Shown here in pieces: positions 19,653 to 32,723 of a stretch of DNA of 64,000 bases. The stretch comes from an uncultured Flavobacterium sp. (GTDB lineage Bacteria > Bacteroidota > Bacteroidia > Flavobacteriales > Flavobacteriaceae). The position numbers were made by a program, and so were the translations under genes. The first letter of the stretch is position 1, and every line of letters begins with the position of its first letter. Below the pieces are notes generated by a model. The model was not told the origin of the DNA and searched no databases. It saw nothing but the letters and a program-made list of their open reading frames with translations. The stretch covers positions 1,410-65,409 of the forward strand of contig CAYWVV010000008.1 in assembly GCA_964461805.1 (NCBI GenBank), given 5' to 3'.

Positions 19653-20582
19653 TTGAAAACGATAGATATCATAAGTATAGGTGAAGTTTTAATTGATTTT
19701 ATTGGTCATGAAGTCAATACATCTATTAATAGAACTAAAGATTACCATAGATTTTTAGGGGGTTCGCCAACCAATGTAGCCGTAAATGCGTCGCGTTTAG
19801 GATTGAATTCCGTTTTGGTAGCCTCATGTGGACAAGATGGTTTGGGCGATTATGTGATTAGAAAATTGAAATCGAATCATGTAAATGTGCAACATATTCG
19901 GATGACTGAAAGTACACCAACTTCAGTAATTTTTGTTTCAAAATCCACAGAAACACCTGATTTTATTCCGTATCGTCAAGCGGATTGCGAAATTTTTGAA
20001 GCACAATTACCTGATGAGGTGATTGCACAAGCTAAAATTTTTCATACAACTTGTTTCGCGTTAAGCAAAAATCCAGCACGTCAAACTATTTTAAATCGAG
20101 CCAAAAAAGCAGCAGAATTAGGCGTAAAATTAAGTATAGATATTAATTTTTCTGAAAGAATTTGGCCAGATAGAGAAGAAGCAAAAAAAGTTTTAAAAGA
20201 ATATTTAGCCAATGATCCGCTAGTAAAATTAAGCGAAGACGATTGTTACCGATTATTTGCCGAAGTGAAATCGGAAGAATTTATTTTTAATTACTTTCAT
20301 CAATTAGGTGCCACTACAATTTGCTTAACGAAAGGTAAAAATGGCGTAGTAGTTTCCGATTTGAAGGAAGGTTTGTTGTTTCAACCCGCCATTCAAATTG
20401 ACGAAATTAAAGATACAACTGGTGCAGGTGATGCGTTTTGGACCGGTTTTTTATACGCACAAATTGAAAAAAAATCACTAGAAGACTGTGTAACTATAGC
20501 ACAAAAATTAGCTACAATTAAATTGCAAAATGTTGGCAGATTGCCAGATAATATAAATATCAAGCAGATTATTCAAATTTAA
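19653..20582 (+). CDS. PfkB-family carbohydrate kinase (fructokinase-like)
   Basis: TTG start 1 nt after the upstream stop. GGSPTNVA N-terminal motif and DTTGAGDAF PfkB signature 2. Confidence 0.75.
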   Translation: MKTIDIISIGEVLIDFIGHEVNTSINRTKDYHRFLGGSPTNVAVNASRLGLNSVLVASCGQDGLGDYVIRKLKSNHVNVQHIRMTESTPTSVIFVSKSTETPDFIPYRQADCEIFEAQLPDEVIAQAKIFHTTCFALSKNPARQTILNRAKKAAELGVKLSIDINFSERIWPDREEAKKVLKEYLANDPLVKLSEDDCYRLFAEVKSEEFIFNYFHQLGATTICLTKGKNGVVVSDLKEGLLFQPAIQIDEIKDTTGAGDAFWTGFLYAQIEKKSLEDCVTIAQKLATIKLQNVGRLPDNINIKQIIQI

Positions 20583-20610
20583 AGTTAGTTGTGTTTTTAT
20601 ATTTTTCTTA

Positions 20611-20638
20611 AGCTGTATTTCGATACAGCTTTTTTTTT
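20611..20638 (+). terminator. Rho-independent terminator of the sugar operon
   Basis: agctgtat-ttcg-atacagct followed by T8. Confidence 0.7.
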
Positions 20639-20742
20639 GTCAATAAAATAAGTCTTCTTGCCTGGCTCACAAAGTAAAAGTGGTAGTTCAAAAGAAAAAA
20701 TAACTTTTTAGCTAAACTTTATGGTTTTGTCATTCCAAATTT

Positions 20743-20750
20743 TATCTTTG
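20743..20750 (+). promoter_or_regulatory. Bacteroidetes-type -7 box (TAtcTTTG) upstream of maeB
   Basis: Matches the TAnnTTTG consensus, 23 nt before the ATG. Confidence 0.4.
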
Positions 20751-20773
20751 TAAGTTGATGCAAATGATACAAT

Positions 20774-23105
<2,332 letters not shown>

Positions 23106-23196
23106 TGCGATTTACGATATGTATTATTTAATAATTTTAAAAACAACTTTGCGAACCTTGCATATTCTTTGTGAGTTTAGCAGTTAAAAAAAAGAT

Positions 23197-23778
23197 ATGA
23201 TTGCACATATTCAAGGAAAATTAGTAGAAAAAACACCAACAGAAGTGGTGATAGAATGTAATGGTGTAGGGTACGAAATTCATATTTCATTACATACTTA
23301 TTCTCAAATTCCTGAATCTGAAAATGTTAAATTATATACTTTTTTACAAGTTAAAGAAGATTCCCATTCCTTATTTGGTTTTGCTGATAAAAAAGAAAGA
23401 GAATTGTTTAAATTGTTACTTTCTGTTTCAGGAATTGGTGCGAATACTGCCAGAACCATGCTTTCCTCGTTAAATCCAGAACAAATTATTCAAGCAATTG
23501 CTTCAAATGATGTAGGAACTGTGCAATCGATAAAAGGAATCGGACTAAAAACAGCGCAAAGAGTAATTTTAGATTTGAAAGACAAAGTATTAAAAATCTA
23601 TGCAATAGAAGAAATTTCTGGCAGTTCATACAATACAAACAAAGAAGAAGCGTTATCTGCATTAGAAGTTTTAGGTTATATTAGAAAAAATGCCGAAAAA
23701 GTATTAGAAAAAATTATTGCAAATAGTCCAACCGCAACGGTAGAAGACTTAATCAAACAAGCTTTAAAAGTATTATAA
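23197..23778 (+). CDS. ruvA: Holliday junction DNA helicase subunit RuvA
   Basis: MIAHIQGKL..., HhH motifs (SVSGIGANTA, IKGIGLKTAQR), 193 aa. Confidence 0.9.
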   Translation: MIAHIQGKLVEKTPTEVVIECNGVGYEIHISLHTYSQIPESENVKLYTFLQVKEDSHSLFGFADKKERELFKLLLSVSGIGANTARTMLSSLNPEQIIQAIASNDVGTVQSIKGIGLKTAQRVILDLKDKVLKIYAIEEISGSSYNTNKEEALSALEVLGYIRKNAEKVLEKIIANSPTATVEDLIKQALKVL

Positions 23779-23779
23779 T

Positions 23780-26700
23780 TTGGACAAATTATTCAAAAAT
23801 ATAGTTTCAAAATCCAGCATCGTCTTTTTCATGATGTTAGCTAGTGTTTTTTCATTTGCACAAGAAACTCCAGTAGAAGAACAAGATTCAATAAAAACAG
23901 GCTATAGTGTTGGGAAAATTACTATGCCAAACCCAAAAAGTATTATAGATGCTTATACCTATGATCCAGTTACAAATCGTTATATTTATACCGCTTCTGT
24001 TGATGGTTTTAATATAGATTACCCCTTAATCTTAACTCCTGAAGAATATGAAAAGCTAGTGCGAAAAGAAACTATGCGTAAGTATTTTTATGAGAAAGGG
24101 TTAGCGGCAGATCCAAAAAAGGGCACAGAGGAAGCCAAAAGAAATTTACTACCAAGATTTTATGTAAATAATAAGTTTTTTGAAGCCATTTTTGGAGGAA
24201 ATACCATCGATGTAAAGCCAAGTGGTTCTGTAGAAATTGATTTAGGAATCCGATTTACCAAACAAGATAATCCTTCTTTTTCTCCAAGAAATAGAAAAAC
24301 AATGGCATTCGACTTCAATCAGCGAATTTCAATGGGTTTACAAGGAAAAGTGGGAACGCGTTTGAACGTAAATATTAATTACGATACGCAATCTACATTC
24401 GCTTTCCAAAATTTAATTAAATTAGATTATACACCAACCGAAGATGATATTTTACAGAAAATTGAAGTCGGAAATGTAAGTTTTCCTATTTCGAATTCCT
24501 TAATTCGTGGTGCACAAAGTTTATTTGGTGTAAAAGCACAATTTCAATTTGGTAAAACCACATTTACAGGAGTGTTCTCTGAACAAAAATCACAATCAAA
24601 ATCGATTACTACACAAGGTGGCGGAACCATTCAAGAGTTTGATTTCTTTGCTTTAGAATACGATTCAGACAAACACTATTTCTTATCACAATATTTTAGA
24701 AACAACTACGATAATGCGTTAAGAAACTATCCTGTAATCGATTCTCGTACACAAATTACTAGAATGGAAGTTTGGATCACCAACAAACAAAACCGCGTTA
24801 CCACAACGGATAACAATTTAAGAAATATTATAGCACTTCAAGATTTAGGAGAATCGCAATTAACAGGAATCCCAGATTCTGATGTAATTGGTGTACCAGA
24901 TGCAGGATTTGTTATTGTGCCACCAAATTCACCTACAGATAATAAAAACAATAAATTTGATCCAGCAAAAATTAATGACCCAGCTTATTATTTAGATAAC
25001 GAAATTAGAGAAATAGCTACTGCGGGTAATGGTTTTGTTAATTCAGGAATGAATGAAGGAATTGATTATTCGAAGTTAGAAAATGCTAGAAAATTATCAC
25101 CTTCAGAATATAGTTTTCACCCACAACTAGGATACATTTCCTTAAATCAAAAATTACAAAACGATGAGGTGTTAGCAGTTGCCTACCAATATACAATTGG
25201 TGGTGAGGTGTATCAAGTCGGAGAATTTGCAAATGATGGTTTAGAATCTACAACTGTTAATCCTGCTGGTGTGCCTTCAACTCAAGCCCTGATTTTGAAA
25301 ATGTTAAAAGGTAGTTTAATCAATGTAAACGAACCTACTTGGGATTTAATGATGAAAAACATCTACCAAATTCCTGGAGGTAATCAATTGCAACAACAAG
25401 ATTTTAAGTTTAATATCTTATACCAAGATCCTTCTCCTTTAAATTATATAACTCCTTTTAAGAACAGTGCTGGACAAGTGTTGTTAAATTTACCAGAAGG
25501 AGTTAAAAACACACCTTTAATAAAAACGTTAAACTTAGATAAATTAAATTACACTAATGATCCGCAACCCAACGGAGATGGTTTTTTTGATTTCTATCCA
25601 GGAATTACTGTGGATGTTCAATACGGTAGAATTATCTTTACAACAGTTGAGCCATTTGGATCTAGTTTATTCAAAAAAACAAATGCTACTTTAGACCAAA
25701 TAGGTGAAATTGGTTATGTGCCTCCAGGAAATTATGATGATGGTGACGAGAGTACTTATAATGTTAATCAGAAAAAATACGTTTTCAGAACTTTATATAA
25801 ATCTACACAAGCTGCAGCTTTACAAGAAAGTGCTAAAAATAAATTCAAATTAAAAGGTAGTTTCAAATCTACTGGCGGTGATGGAATTTCTTTAGGAGCT
25901 TTCAACGTTCCACAAGGAAGTGTTGTAGTGTCAGCAGGTGGAAGAATTTTAGTAGAAGGTGTAGATTATACCGTAAATTATCAAGCAGGTAAGGTGCAAA
26001 TATTAGATCCATCTTTATTGGCATCTAATACTCCGATAAATGTGTCTTTGGAAAATAATTCTGTTTTCGGACAACAAACCAAACGTTTTTATGGTTTAAA
26101 TGTAGAACATAAATTTAACGATAAATTTTTAGTTGGGGCAACTTTACTAAAAATGACAGAAAGACCTTTTACTCAAAAAGCAGATTACAATCAAGAATCT
26201 GTAAACAATACAATAGTAGGTTTAAATACTAATTTTTCTACAGAAGTTCCTTTCTTTACAAGATTAGTAAACAAATTACCAAATATTGAAACGGAAGCTC
26301 CGTCTAATTTATCTTTCAGAGGTGAATTTGCTTACTTGTTTCCAAATGCTCCAAAATCTGCAGATTTTAATGGTGAACCTACATCATATATTGATGATTT
26401 TGAAGGTTCACAATCTAATATTGATTTGAAATCTCCTTTGGCTTGGTCTTTAGCGAGTACGCCAATTGGTTTCGGTGGAGAGTTTAACGATGATCCTGAT
26501 TCTGATTTGGTTTGGAGATATGGCTATAAAAGAGCAAAATTATCATGGTACAGTATTGATCCTGTTTTTTATGTAGATCAACCTTCAGGGATTAATGATA
26601 ATGATATTTCATCAAACAAAACAAGAAGAATTTTTAGTCAAGAATTATTTCCAAACATTAATATTGCACAAGGACAATCGAATGTAATCAGTACCTTGGA

Positions 26701-29700
26701 TTTAACCTATTATCCTAGAGATCGTGGACCTTATAACTACAATCCAGCCGCTGCAACAAACAATCAATTTCCAGCTCTTGACGCACCGAACAATTGGGGT
26801 GGAATTATGCGCGCCATTAACACCACAAATTTTGAACAATCTAACGTAGAATATATTCAGTTTTGGATGATGGATCCTTATACTGGAAACACAGGTGATG
26901 TTGCAAATCCAACAAATACAGGTACTTTAACCTTAAACTTAGGTGAGATTAGTGAAGATGTATTAAAAGACGGACGAAAACAATATGAAAATGGTTTGCC
27001 TGAAAATGGTGGAACACAACCAACTTACGCAAATAAATGGGGTAAAATACCAGCTTCACAATCTTTAATTTATGCATTTGATACTAATGAAGGAAATAGA
27101 GCCGTTCAGGATGTTGGTTTAAATGGTTTAAACGATAATGAAGAAAAGTTAAAATATCCTGTTTTCGCTGCTGCCGGTGATGCCTCAGCAGATAATTTCA
27201 ATTTTTATTTAAACGCAACAGGAACCATTTTAGATCGCTATAAAAATTATAATGGTTTAGAAGGTAATTCACCTATTACCGTTACAGATACCAATAGAGG
27301 TAACTCAACTATACCAGATGTAGAAGATTTAAATAGAGATAATACCATGAATACCATTAATGCGTATTATAAATTTAATGTTCAAGTTTCTCCAAATCCT
27401 GTTGTGGGTCAAAATTATGTTTCAGATGTTTTAACTACTACGCAAACTATGCCAAACGGGTTAACTACTGATGTGAAATGGGTACAATATAAAATTCCAA
27501 TTCTTGAAGCAACGGCTGCTAATATTGAAGGTACAATTTCTGATTTTAGAACCATTCGTTTTATGAGAATGTTTTTAACAGGTTTTAATGAAGAAGTAAC
27601 CCTTCGTTTAGGAACTTTAGATTTAGTTCGTGGAGAATGGAGAAGGTATGTAAATTCTTTAGACGCAACAGATACGGATGTTTCTAATGACGATACGGGC
27701 TTTGATGTTGTTGCTGTAAACGTACAAGAAAACGCAAGTAGAAGCCCAATCCCATATGTGGCTCCTCCAGGTGTAGATAGAGAACAATTATATAACAACA
27801 ATACGGTTATCAATCAAAATGAACAATCTTTATCTTTAAGAGTGTATAAGAAAGATCCAGCAATTGTTGGTTTAGGTGGTTTGGAAGATAATGATGCCAG
27901 AGCCGTTTTTAAAAATGTAAATGTGGATATGCGTCAGTATAAAAAACTACGTATGTTTTTACACGCAGAACCATTACAAGTTGATGTAGCTGGAGGAAAT
28001 GCTTTAAAAGATGACGAAATGGTTGCCTTTATTCGTTTAGGAAATGATTTTACAGATAACTTCTACCAAATTGAAATGCCTTTAAAAGTAAGTTCTTTAA
28101 GCGCCCGTAGTGCTGAAGATATTTGGTTAGCAGATAACGAAATTGAATTGCCATTGGCTTTATTAGCCAAAATTAAAAGTTTAAATTTAGCGGGTGCTGT
28201 TTCCTTAGTTCCTGATGCTAACGGAATTGCCTTTTTAAATGAAAGTGTCTTAGGTTCTGATAAAAGTAGAATGACTATTGGTATCAAAGGAAATCCGAAC
28301 TTCGGACAAGTGAGAACGTTAATGGTCGGACTTAAAAATCCTAATCCAACATCTTCAGGTCCGCTTCGTGGGGAAGTTTGGTTTAACGAACTTCGTATGT
28401 CTGAAATTGACAACAAAGGAGGTTATGCTGCTGTTGCCAATTTAGATACAAATTTTGCCGATTTTGCTACATTTTCTGCTACAGGTAGAATCAGTACAAT
28501 TGGTTTTGGTGCGTTAGAAGAAGGTCCGAACGAAAGAAGTAGAGAAGATGTAAAACAATACGACATCGTTTCTAATTTTAATGTAGGCCAATTATTACCA
28601 AAAAAATGGAAAATCAACTTGCCATTCAATTATGCAGTGGGCGAACAATTAATCACACCTAAATACGATCCATTATACCAAGATTTAGAACTAAAACAAG
28701 TCATCGCAGCAGAAACAGATAGTGCTAAAAAAGACGAAATTGAAAACCGTGCTATAGATTATACGAAACGTACAAGTGTTAACTTTATTGGGGTGAAAAA
28801 AGACCGTGGTGAAAAACAAAAGCAACGTTTTTATGACGTGGAAAACGTAACACTTTCCTATTCGTTTAACGAAATGTTACACCACGATTTCCAAATACAA
28901 AGCTTAATCGATCAGCAACAAAAAACATCTTTTGATTACGCATATTCTTTTAAACCAATGTCTATTGAACCCTTTAAAAAGAATAAGTTTTTAAAGAAAA
29001 ATGGGTATTACAAAGCCATAAGCGATTTCAATTTTAATTTCTTACCAAGTAATATTACGTTTAACTCCAATATTATCAGACAATTTAATCGTCAGCAATT
29101 CAGATTGGTGGATGTGCAAGGTATCGGTTTAGATCCATTGTACAGAAGAAATTATTTCTTTAATTATCAATATGGAGTGAATTTTCCAATTACGAAATCG
29201 TTAAAATTAAATTATACGGCGGCTAATAATAACATCGTTCGTAACTATTTTGATTCGGCAAATAATCCAATTAACGATTTAGATATATGGAACGATTATT
29301 GGAATTTCGGAACTGCTAATACACATAACCAACAAGTTACCGTTAATTACGATTTGCCAATTAATAAAATTCCAGCGTTAAGTTTTATAAAATCTTCTTA
29401 TGTGTATACAGGTGATTACAGTTGGCAACGTTCTTCTCAAGCATTTGCTACTTTTCAAGCGCTAGACGGTACAATTTATCAGTTAGGAAATACCATTCAG
29501 AATGCTAATTCGCATAAAATAAACGCGGCATTAGATATGAATTCATTTTATAAATATATCGGTTTAACCGCCAAAAAACAGAAAAAACAACCAGTAGCAA
29601 ACAAAAAAACACCACCAAAACCAGGTGAAAAAGTAGTTAATACCGCTCCAAAAGTCATACAAGAAGAGAGAAATGCCTTTGCTAAATTTGGAATTGGCTT

Positions 29701-31009
29701 ATTAACGTCTATTAAAAACATACAAGTTAATTATACAGAATCTGGTGGAACGTTATTACCTGGATATTTACCAGGATTAGGTTTTTTCGGAACGTCTCGT
29801 CCAACTTTAGGTTTCGTTTTCGGAGACCAATCCGATATTAGATACGAAGCTGCTAAAAGAGGGTATTTAACAAACTATCCAGAGTTTAATCAAAGTTTTA
29901 CTCAAATTGTATCAAAGAAATTAGATTATACTGCGCAAATAGAATTTATTTCAGATTTAAAAATTGATGTAAACGCAGAAAGAAATATCACTGAAAACTA
30001 TTCAGAACAGTTTGATGCAGTAGGTGGAGAATACAATTCACTTTCACCTTACAGTACTGGAAATTATAGTATTTCTACTGTTATGATTAAAACGTCTTTC
30101 AAAACTAGCAATGAAAACGAATCTGAAATTTTCGATAGATTCCGTAAAAACCGTTATGCAATTGCAACACGTTTAGCAGAAGATTATTATGGAAATTCTA
30201 CTTATCCTGTAGGTTTAGATGGTTATCCTGTTGGATTCGGAAAAAACAGTCAGCGTGTTTTAGTACCCGCATTTTTATCTGCGTATACCGGAACCAAAAC
30301 AGCAACAGTTCAAACTGGTTTGTTCTCAGATTTCCCTTTGCCTAACTGGACCTTAAAATACACAGGTTTAATGAAGTTGACTTGGTTTAAAGACAATTTC
30401 AAACGTTTTTCTATACAACACGGTTACCGTTCAAATTACAGTGTGAATTCATTTCGAAGTAATTTAAATCCGAATCCGAAGGATACGAATGGTAATTTTT
30501 TCCCAGATGTTATTACTTCAAATGTCAATTTAACAGAGCAGTTTAATCCGTTAATCAATATCAATTTCGAATTGAAAAACTCCTTAAACATTATGGCTGA
30601 AATGAAAAGAGACAGAAGTTTAAACATGAGTTTCGATAATAATTTATTAACTGAAGTGCAAGGTAACGATTACACCATTCGTGTAGGTTACAGAATTAAA
30701 GGCGTACAATTCAATTCTAAATTAGCAGACAATGCACAAGGAATGATTAAGAGTGATATTAATGTAAAAGCTGATTTCACTCTACGTAAAAACATGACAA
30801 TTGTTCGTTATTTGGATTACGATAACAACCAGCTTGGTGGCGGACAAAATATTTGGTCGTTCAAATTAACGGCGGATTATTCATTTAGTAAGAATTTCAC
30901 GGCTATATTCTTTTATGATCATCAGTTTTCAAAAGCAGTTATTTCAACAGCTTTCCCACTTACTAATATTCGTTCCGGATTTACATTGCGTTATAATTTC
31001 GGAAATTAA
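23780..31009 (+). CDS. sprA: Cell-surface/T9SS translocon protein SprA
   Basis: 2409 aa, TTG start 1 nt after the ruvA stop, signal peptide. Size, composition and the C-terminal beta-barrel ending ...LRYNFGN match SprA. Synteny sprA-gcvH-vanZ-deoC-remB matches my recollection of F. johnsoniae. Confidence 0.85.
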   Translation: MDKLFKNIVSKSSIVFFMMLASVFSFAQETPVEEQDSIKTGYSVGKITMPNPKSIIDAYTYDPVTNRYIYTASVDGFNIDYPLILTPEEYEKLVRKETMRKYFYEKGLAADPKKGTEEAKRNLLPRFYVNNKFFEAIFGGNTIDVKPSGSVEIDLGIRFTKQDNPSFSPRNRKTMAFDFNQRISMGLQGKVGTRLNVNINYDTQSTFAFQNLIKLDYTPTEDDILQKIEVGNVSFPISNSLIRGAQSLFGVKAQFQFGKTTFTGVFSEQKSQSKSITTQGGGTIQEFDFFALEYDSDKHYFLSQYFRNNYDNALRNYPVIDSRTQITRMEVWITNKQNRVTTTDNNLRNIIALQDLGESQLTGIPDSDVIGVPDAGFVIVPPNSPTDNKNNKFDPAKINDPAYYLDNEIREIATAGNGFVNSGMNEGIDYSKLENARKLSPSEYSFHPQLGYISLNQKLQNDEVLAVAYQYTIGGEVYQVGEFANDGLESTTVNPAGVPSTQALILKMLKGSLINVNEPTWDLMMKNIYQIPGGNQLQQQDFKFNILYQDPSPLNYITPFKNSAGQVLLNLPEGVKNTPLIKTLNLDKLNYTNDPQPNGDGFFDFYPGITVDVQYGRIIFTTVEPFGSSLFKKTNATLDQIGEIGYVPPGNYDDGDESTYNVNQKKYVFRTLYKSTQAAALQESAKNKFKLKGSFKSTGGDGISLGAFNVPQGSVVVSAGGRILVEGVDYTVNYQAGKVQILDPSLLASNTPINVSLENNSVFGQQTKRFYGLNVEHKFNDKFLVGATLLKMTERPFTQKADYNQESVNNTIVGLNTNFSTEVPFFTRLVNKLPNIETEAPSNLSFRGEFAYLFPNAPKSADFNGEPTSYIDDFEGSQSNIDLKSPLAWSLASTPIGFGGEFNDDPDSDLVWRYGYKRAKLSWYSIDPVFYVDQPSGINDNDISSNKTRRIFSQELFPNINIAQGQSNVISTLDLTYYPRDRGPYNYNPAAATNNQFPALDAPNNWGGIMRAINTTNFEQSNVEYIQFWMMDPYTGNTGDVANPTNTGTLTLNLGEISEDVLKDGRKQYENGLPENGGTQPTYANKWGKIPASQSLIYAFDTNEGNRAVQDVGLNGLNDNEEKLKYPVFAAAGDASADNFNFYLNATGTILDRYKNYNGLEGNSPITVTDTNRGNSTIPDVEDLNRDNTMNTINAYYKFNVQVSPNPVVGQNYVSDVLTTTQTMPNGLTTDVKWVQYKIPILEATAANIEGTISDFRTIRFMRMFLTGFNEEVTLRLGTLDLVRGEWRRYVNSLDATDTDVSNDDTGFDVVAVNVQENASRSPIPYVAPPGVDREQLYNNNTVINQNEQSLSLRVYKKDPAIVGLGGLEDNDARAVFKNVNVDMRQYKKLRMFLHAEPLQVDVAGGNALKDDEMVAFIRLGNDFTDNFYQIEMPLKVSSLSARSAEDIWLADNEIELPLALLAKIKSLNLAGAVSLVPDANGIAFLNESVLGSDKSRMTIGIKGNPNFGQVRTLMVGLKNPNPTSSGPLRGEVWFNELRMSEIDNKGGYAAVANLDTNFADFATFSATGRISTIGFGALEEGPNERSREDVKQYDIVSNFNVGQLLPKKWKINLPFNYAVGEQLITPKYDPLYQDLELKQVIAAETDSAKKDEIENRAIDYTKRTSVNFIGVKKDRGEKQKQRFYDVENVTLSYSFNEMLHHDFQIQSLIDQQQKTSFDYAYSFKPMSIEPFKKNKFLKKNGYYKAISDFNFNFLPSNITFNSNIIRQFNRQQFRLVDVQGIGLDPLYRRNYFFNYQYGVNFPITKSLKLNYTAANNNIVRNYFDSANNPINDLDIWNDYWNFGTANTHNQQVTVNYDLPINKIPALSFIKSSYVYTGDYSWQRSSQAFATFQALDGTIYQLGNTIQNANSHKINAALDMNSFYKYIGLTAKKQKKQPVANKKTPPKPGEKVVNTAPKVIQEERNAFAKFGIGLLTSIKNIQVNYTESGGTLLPGYLPGLGFFGTSRPTLGFVFGDQSDIRYEAAKRGYLTNYPEFNQSFTQIVSKKLDYTAQIEFISDLKIDVNAERNITENYSEQFDAVGGEYNSLSPYSTGNYSISTVMIKTSFKTSNENESEIFDRFRKNRYAIATRLAEDYYGNSTYPVGLDGYPVGFGKNSQRVLVPAFLSAYTGTKTATVQTGLFSDFPLPNWTLKYTGLMKLTWFKDNFKRFSIQHGYRSNYSVNSFRSNLNPNPKDTNGNFFPDVITSNVNLTEQFNPLININFELKNSLNIMAEMKRDRSLNMSFDNNLLTEVQGNDYTIRVGYRIKGVQFNSKLADNAQGMIKSDINVKADFTLRKNMTIVRYLDYDNNQLGGGQNIWSFKLTADYSFSKNFTAIFFYDHQFSKAVISTAFPLTNIRSGFTLRYNFGN

Positions 31010-31046
31010 AAAATAAAAATTAATAGTAAATTTTAAGAATATAATT

Positions 31047-31054
31047 TACATTTG
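31047..31054 (+). promoter_or_regulatory. -7 box (TAcaTTTG) upstream of gcvH
   Basis: TAnnTTTG match, 25 nt before the ATG. Confidence 0.4.
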
Positions 31055-31079
31055 TCAAAAATAAAACACAATTATACAC

Positions 31080-31460
31080 ATGAATATACCAGCAAACTTA
31101 AAGTACACAAAAGACCACGAGTGGGTTTCAATTGATGGAGATGTAGCAACTGTAGGAATTACTGATTTTGCTCAAAAAGAATTAGGAGACATTGTTTACG
31201 TTGAAGTAGAAACTTTAGACCAAACTTTAGATAAAGATGCCGTTTTTGGTACTGTGGAAGCGGTTAAAACAGTTTCAGATTTATTTTTACCATTAAGTGG
31301 TGAAATTATCGAATTCAATGAAGATTTAGAAAGTAATCCAGAAAGTGTAAATTCTGATCCTTATGGAGCGGGTTGGATGGTAAAAGTGAAATTTTCTAAT
31401 CCTTCTGAAGTAGAAGAATTGTTATCTAGCGAAGCCTATTCAACACTTATTGGTGCATAA
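31080..31460 (+). CDS. gcvH: Glycine cleavage system protein H
   Basis: 126 aa with the lipoyl-lysine motif VEAVKTVSD. Confidence 0.9.
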   Translation: MNIPANLKYTKDHEWVSIDGDVATVGITDFAQKELGDIVYVEVETLDQTLDKDAVFGTVEAVKTVSDLFLPLSGEIIEFNEDLESNPESVNSDPYGAGWMVKVKFSNPSEVEELLSSEAYSTLIGA

Positions 31461-31824
31461 TATATTTAAAATACTTGCTTTTCTCTGGACACTACTGATT
31501 TTTCATTTTTCTTTAGACGAATCGCCAAGTGTACCTAAAATTAATATCCAATATCCAGACAAAGTAGTTCATTTTATTTTCTACTTTGTGTTTGTGTATT
31601 TTTGGTCAAAAAGCTTAAAATCTAAACGTTTAAATTATCTTTTAATTGTTTTATTTTCAGCTTTAACTTTAGGGATTTTAATAGAGTTTTTGCAGAAAAA
31701 TTTCACACACAATCGTTCATTTGATTGGTATGATATTTTAGCGAATTCAATAGGAGCAATTGTAAGTTTTATATATGTCAAAAAGTTTTGTGCAATAAAA
31801 AACCAAATAAAAATCTCACATTAG
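31450..31824 (+). CDS. VanZ-family membrane protein
   Basis: 124 aa, 4 TM helices, D..ANSIGA C-terminal motif. 11-nt overlap with gcvH. Confidence 0.6.
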   Translation: MVHNIFKILAFLWTLLIFHFSLDESPSVPKINIQYPDKVVHFIFYFVFVYFWSKSLKSKRLNYLLIVLFSALTLGILIEFLQKNFTHNRSFDWYDILANSIGAIVSFIYVKKFCAIKNQIKISH

Positions 31825-31836
31825 TGAGATTTTTTT
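31811..31836 (+). terminator. Rho-independent terminator overlapping the vanZ stop
   Basis: aaatctcac-atta-gtgagattt followed by a T-run. Confidence 0.7.
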
Positions 31837-31859
31837 ATTTTTACCAATAATTCAACAAT

Positions 31860-32603
31860 ATGAACATTTCATCTTATTTAGATTCCACGTATTTAAAAAC
31901 TGCGAAGCAAGCCAATATTTCTGAAAAGGAAAATAGTGTTTTGGTTCAAAAATTTGTACAAGAAACTATTGATGAAAAGTTTAAATTAGTCATGATTAGG
32001 CCGGATAAAATCGCTTTAGCTAAAAAATTAATTGACAGTCAACATTCAAATGTGCTAATAGGAACCGTAATAGGTTTTCCTGAAGGTACGTATACAATTG
32101 ATGAAAAACTTCAGGAAGCACAACAAGCTATTACTGATGGAGCTGACGAATTAGATTTTGTAGTGAACTATGAAGCATTCAAATTAGGTGAAATTGATTT
32201 AGTGAAAGATGAAATTTTCCAAGGCACACAATTGGCTTTAGCACACAATAAAACCGTAAAATGGATTATTGAGATTGCCGCTTTAAACGGTGCGCAAATT
32301 ATACAATTGACCTCCTTAATTAAAAATGTAGTGGTGGCTAATTTCAAGGAAAAAGACTTTGAAAACGTATTTGTAAAATCATCAACCGGATTTTATAAAA
32401 CATTGGATGGTTCGCCAAATGGTGCTACTTTTCCTGCGATAATCGCCATGTTAGAAAACGCATTTCCTTTATCAGTAAAAGCATCTGGAGGCATCAAAAC
32501 AAAAGAAGAAGCACTTGAAATGATAAAATTAGGTGTAAAAAGAATAGGAACATCATCGGCAAAAGCCATTTCTGAAGGAATTGAAACTTCGGGAAGTTAT
32601 TAA
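31860..32603 (+). CDS. deoC: Deoxyribose-phosphate aldolase
   Basis: 247 aa with the Schiff-base lysine context VFVKSSTGF and ASGGIKT. Confidence 0.85.
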   Translation: MNISSYLDSTYLKTAKQANISEKENSVLVQKFVQETIDEKFKLVMIRPDKIALAKKLIDSQHSNVLIGTVIGFPEGTYTIDEKLQEAQQAITDGADELDFVVNYEAFKLGEIDLVKDEIFQGTQLALAHNKTVKWIIEIAALNGAQIIQLTSLIKNVVVANFKEKDFENVFVKSSTGFYKTLDGSPNGATFPAIIAMLENAFPLSVKASGGIKTKEEALEMIKLGVKRIGTSSAKAISEGIETSGSY

Positions 32604-32723
32604 AGGCATAAGTTATAAGGCAAATGAGCCAAATAAAAAGAATCAAGTAGTTAGATAATTCAAGTTAAAAATAAAGTACAATTATTATTTGCGAACTTTT
32701 GCGATAAATAAAAAAATATCAAA

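Noticed and set aside
27415-27813. Antisense ORFs inside sprA and other large genes
   Set aside because: All are embedded antisense in strongly supported long CDSs with no independent signals. This covers 27415..27813, 28063..28416, 28423..28629 and 30436..30627. It also covers 20950..21195, 21083..21271, 22444..22659, 32660..32857, 32864..33052 and 33096..33302. The remainder are 35212..35394, 35803..36084, 37927..38118, 44090..44305, 46128..46325, 46461..46688 and 46820..47086; 51301..51525, 54565..54771, 55306..55494, 55820..56056, 56355..56537, 58315..58545, 58407..58610 and 58726..58917; and 60183..60611 and 60965..61159.
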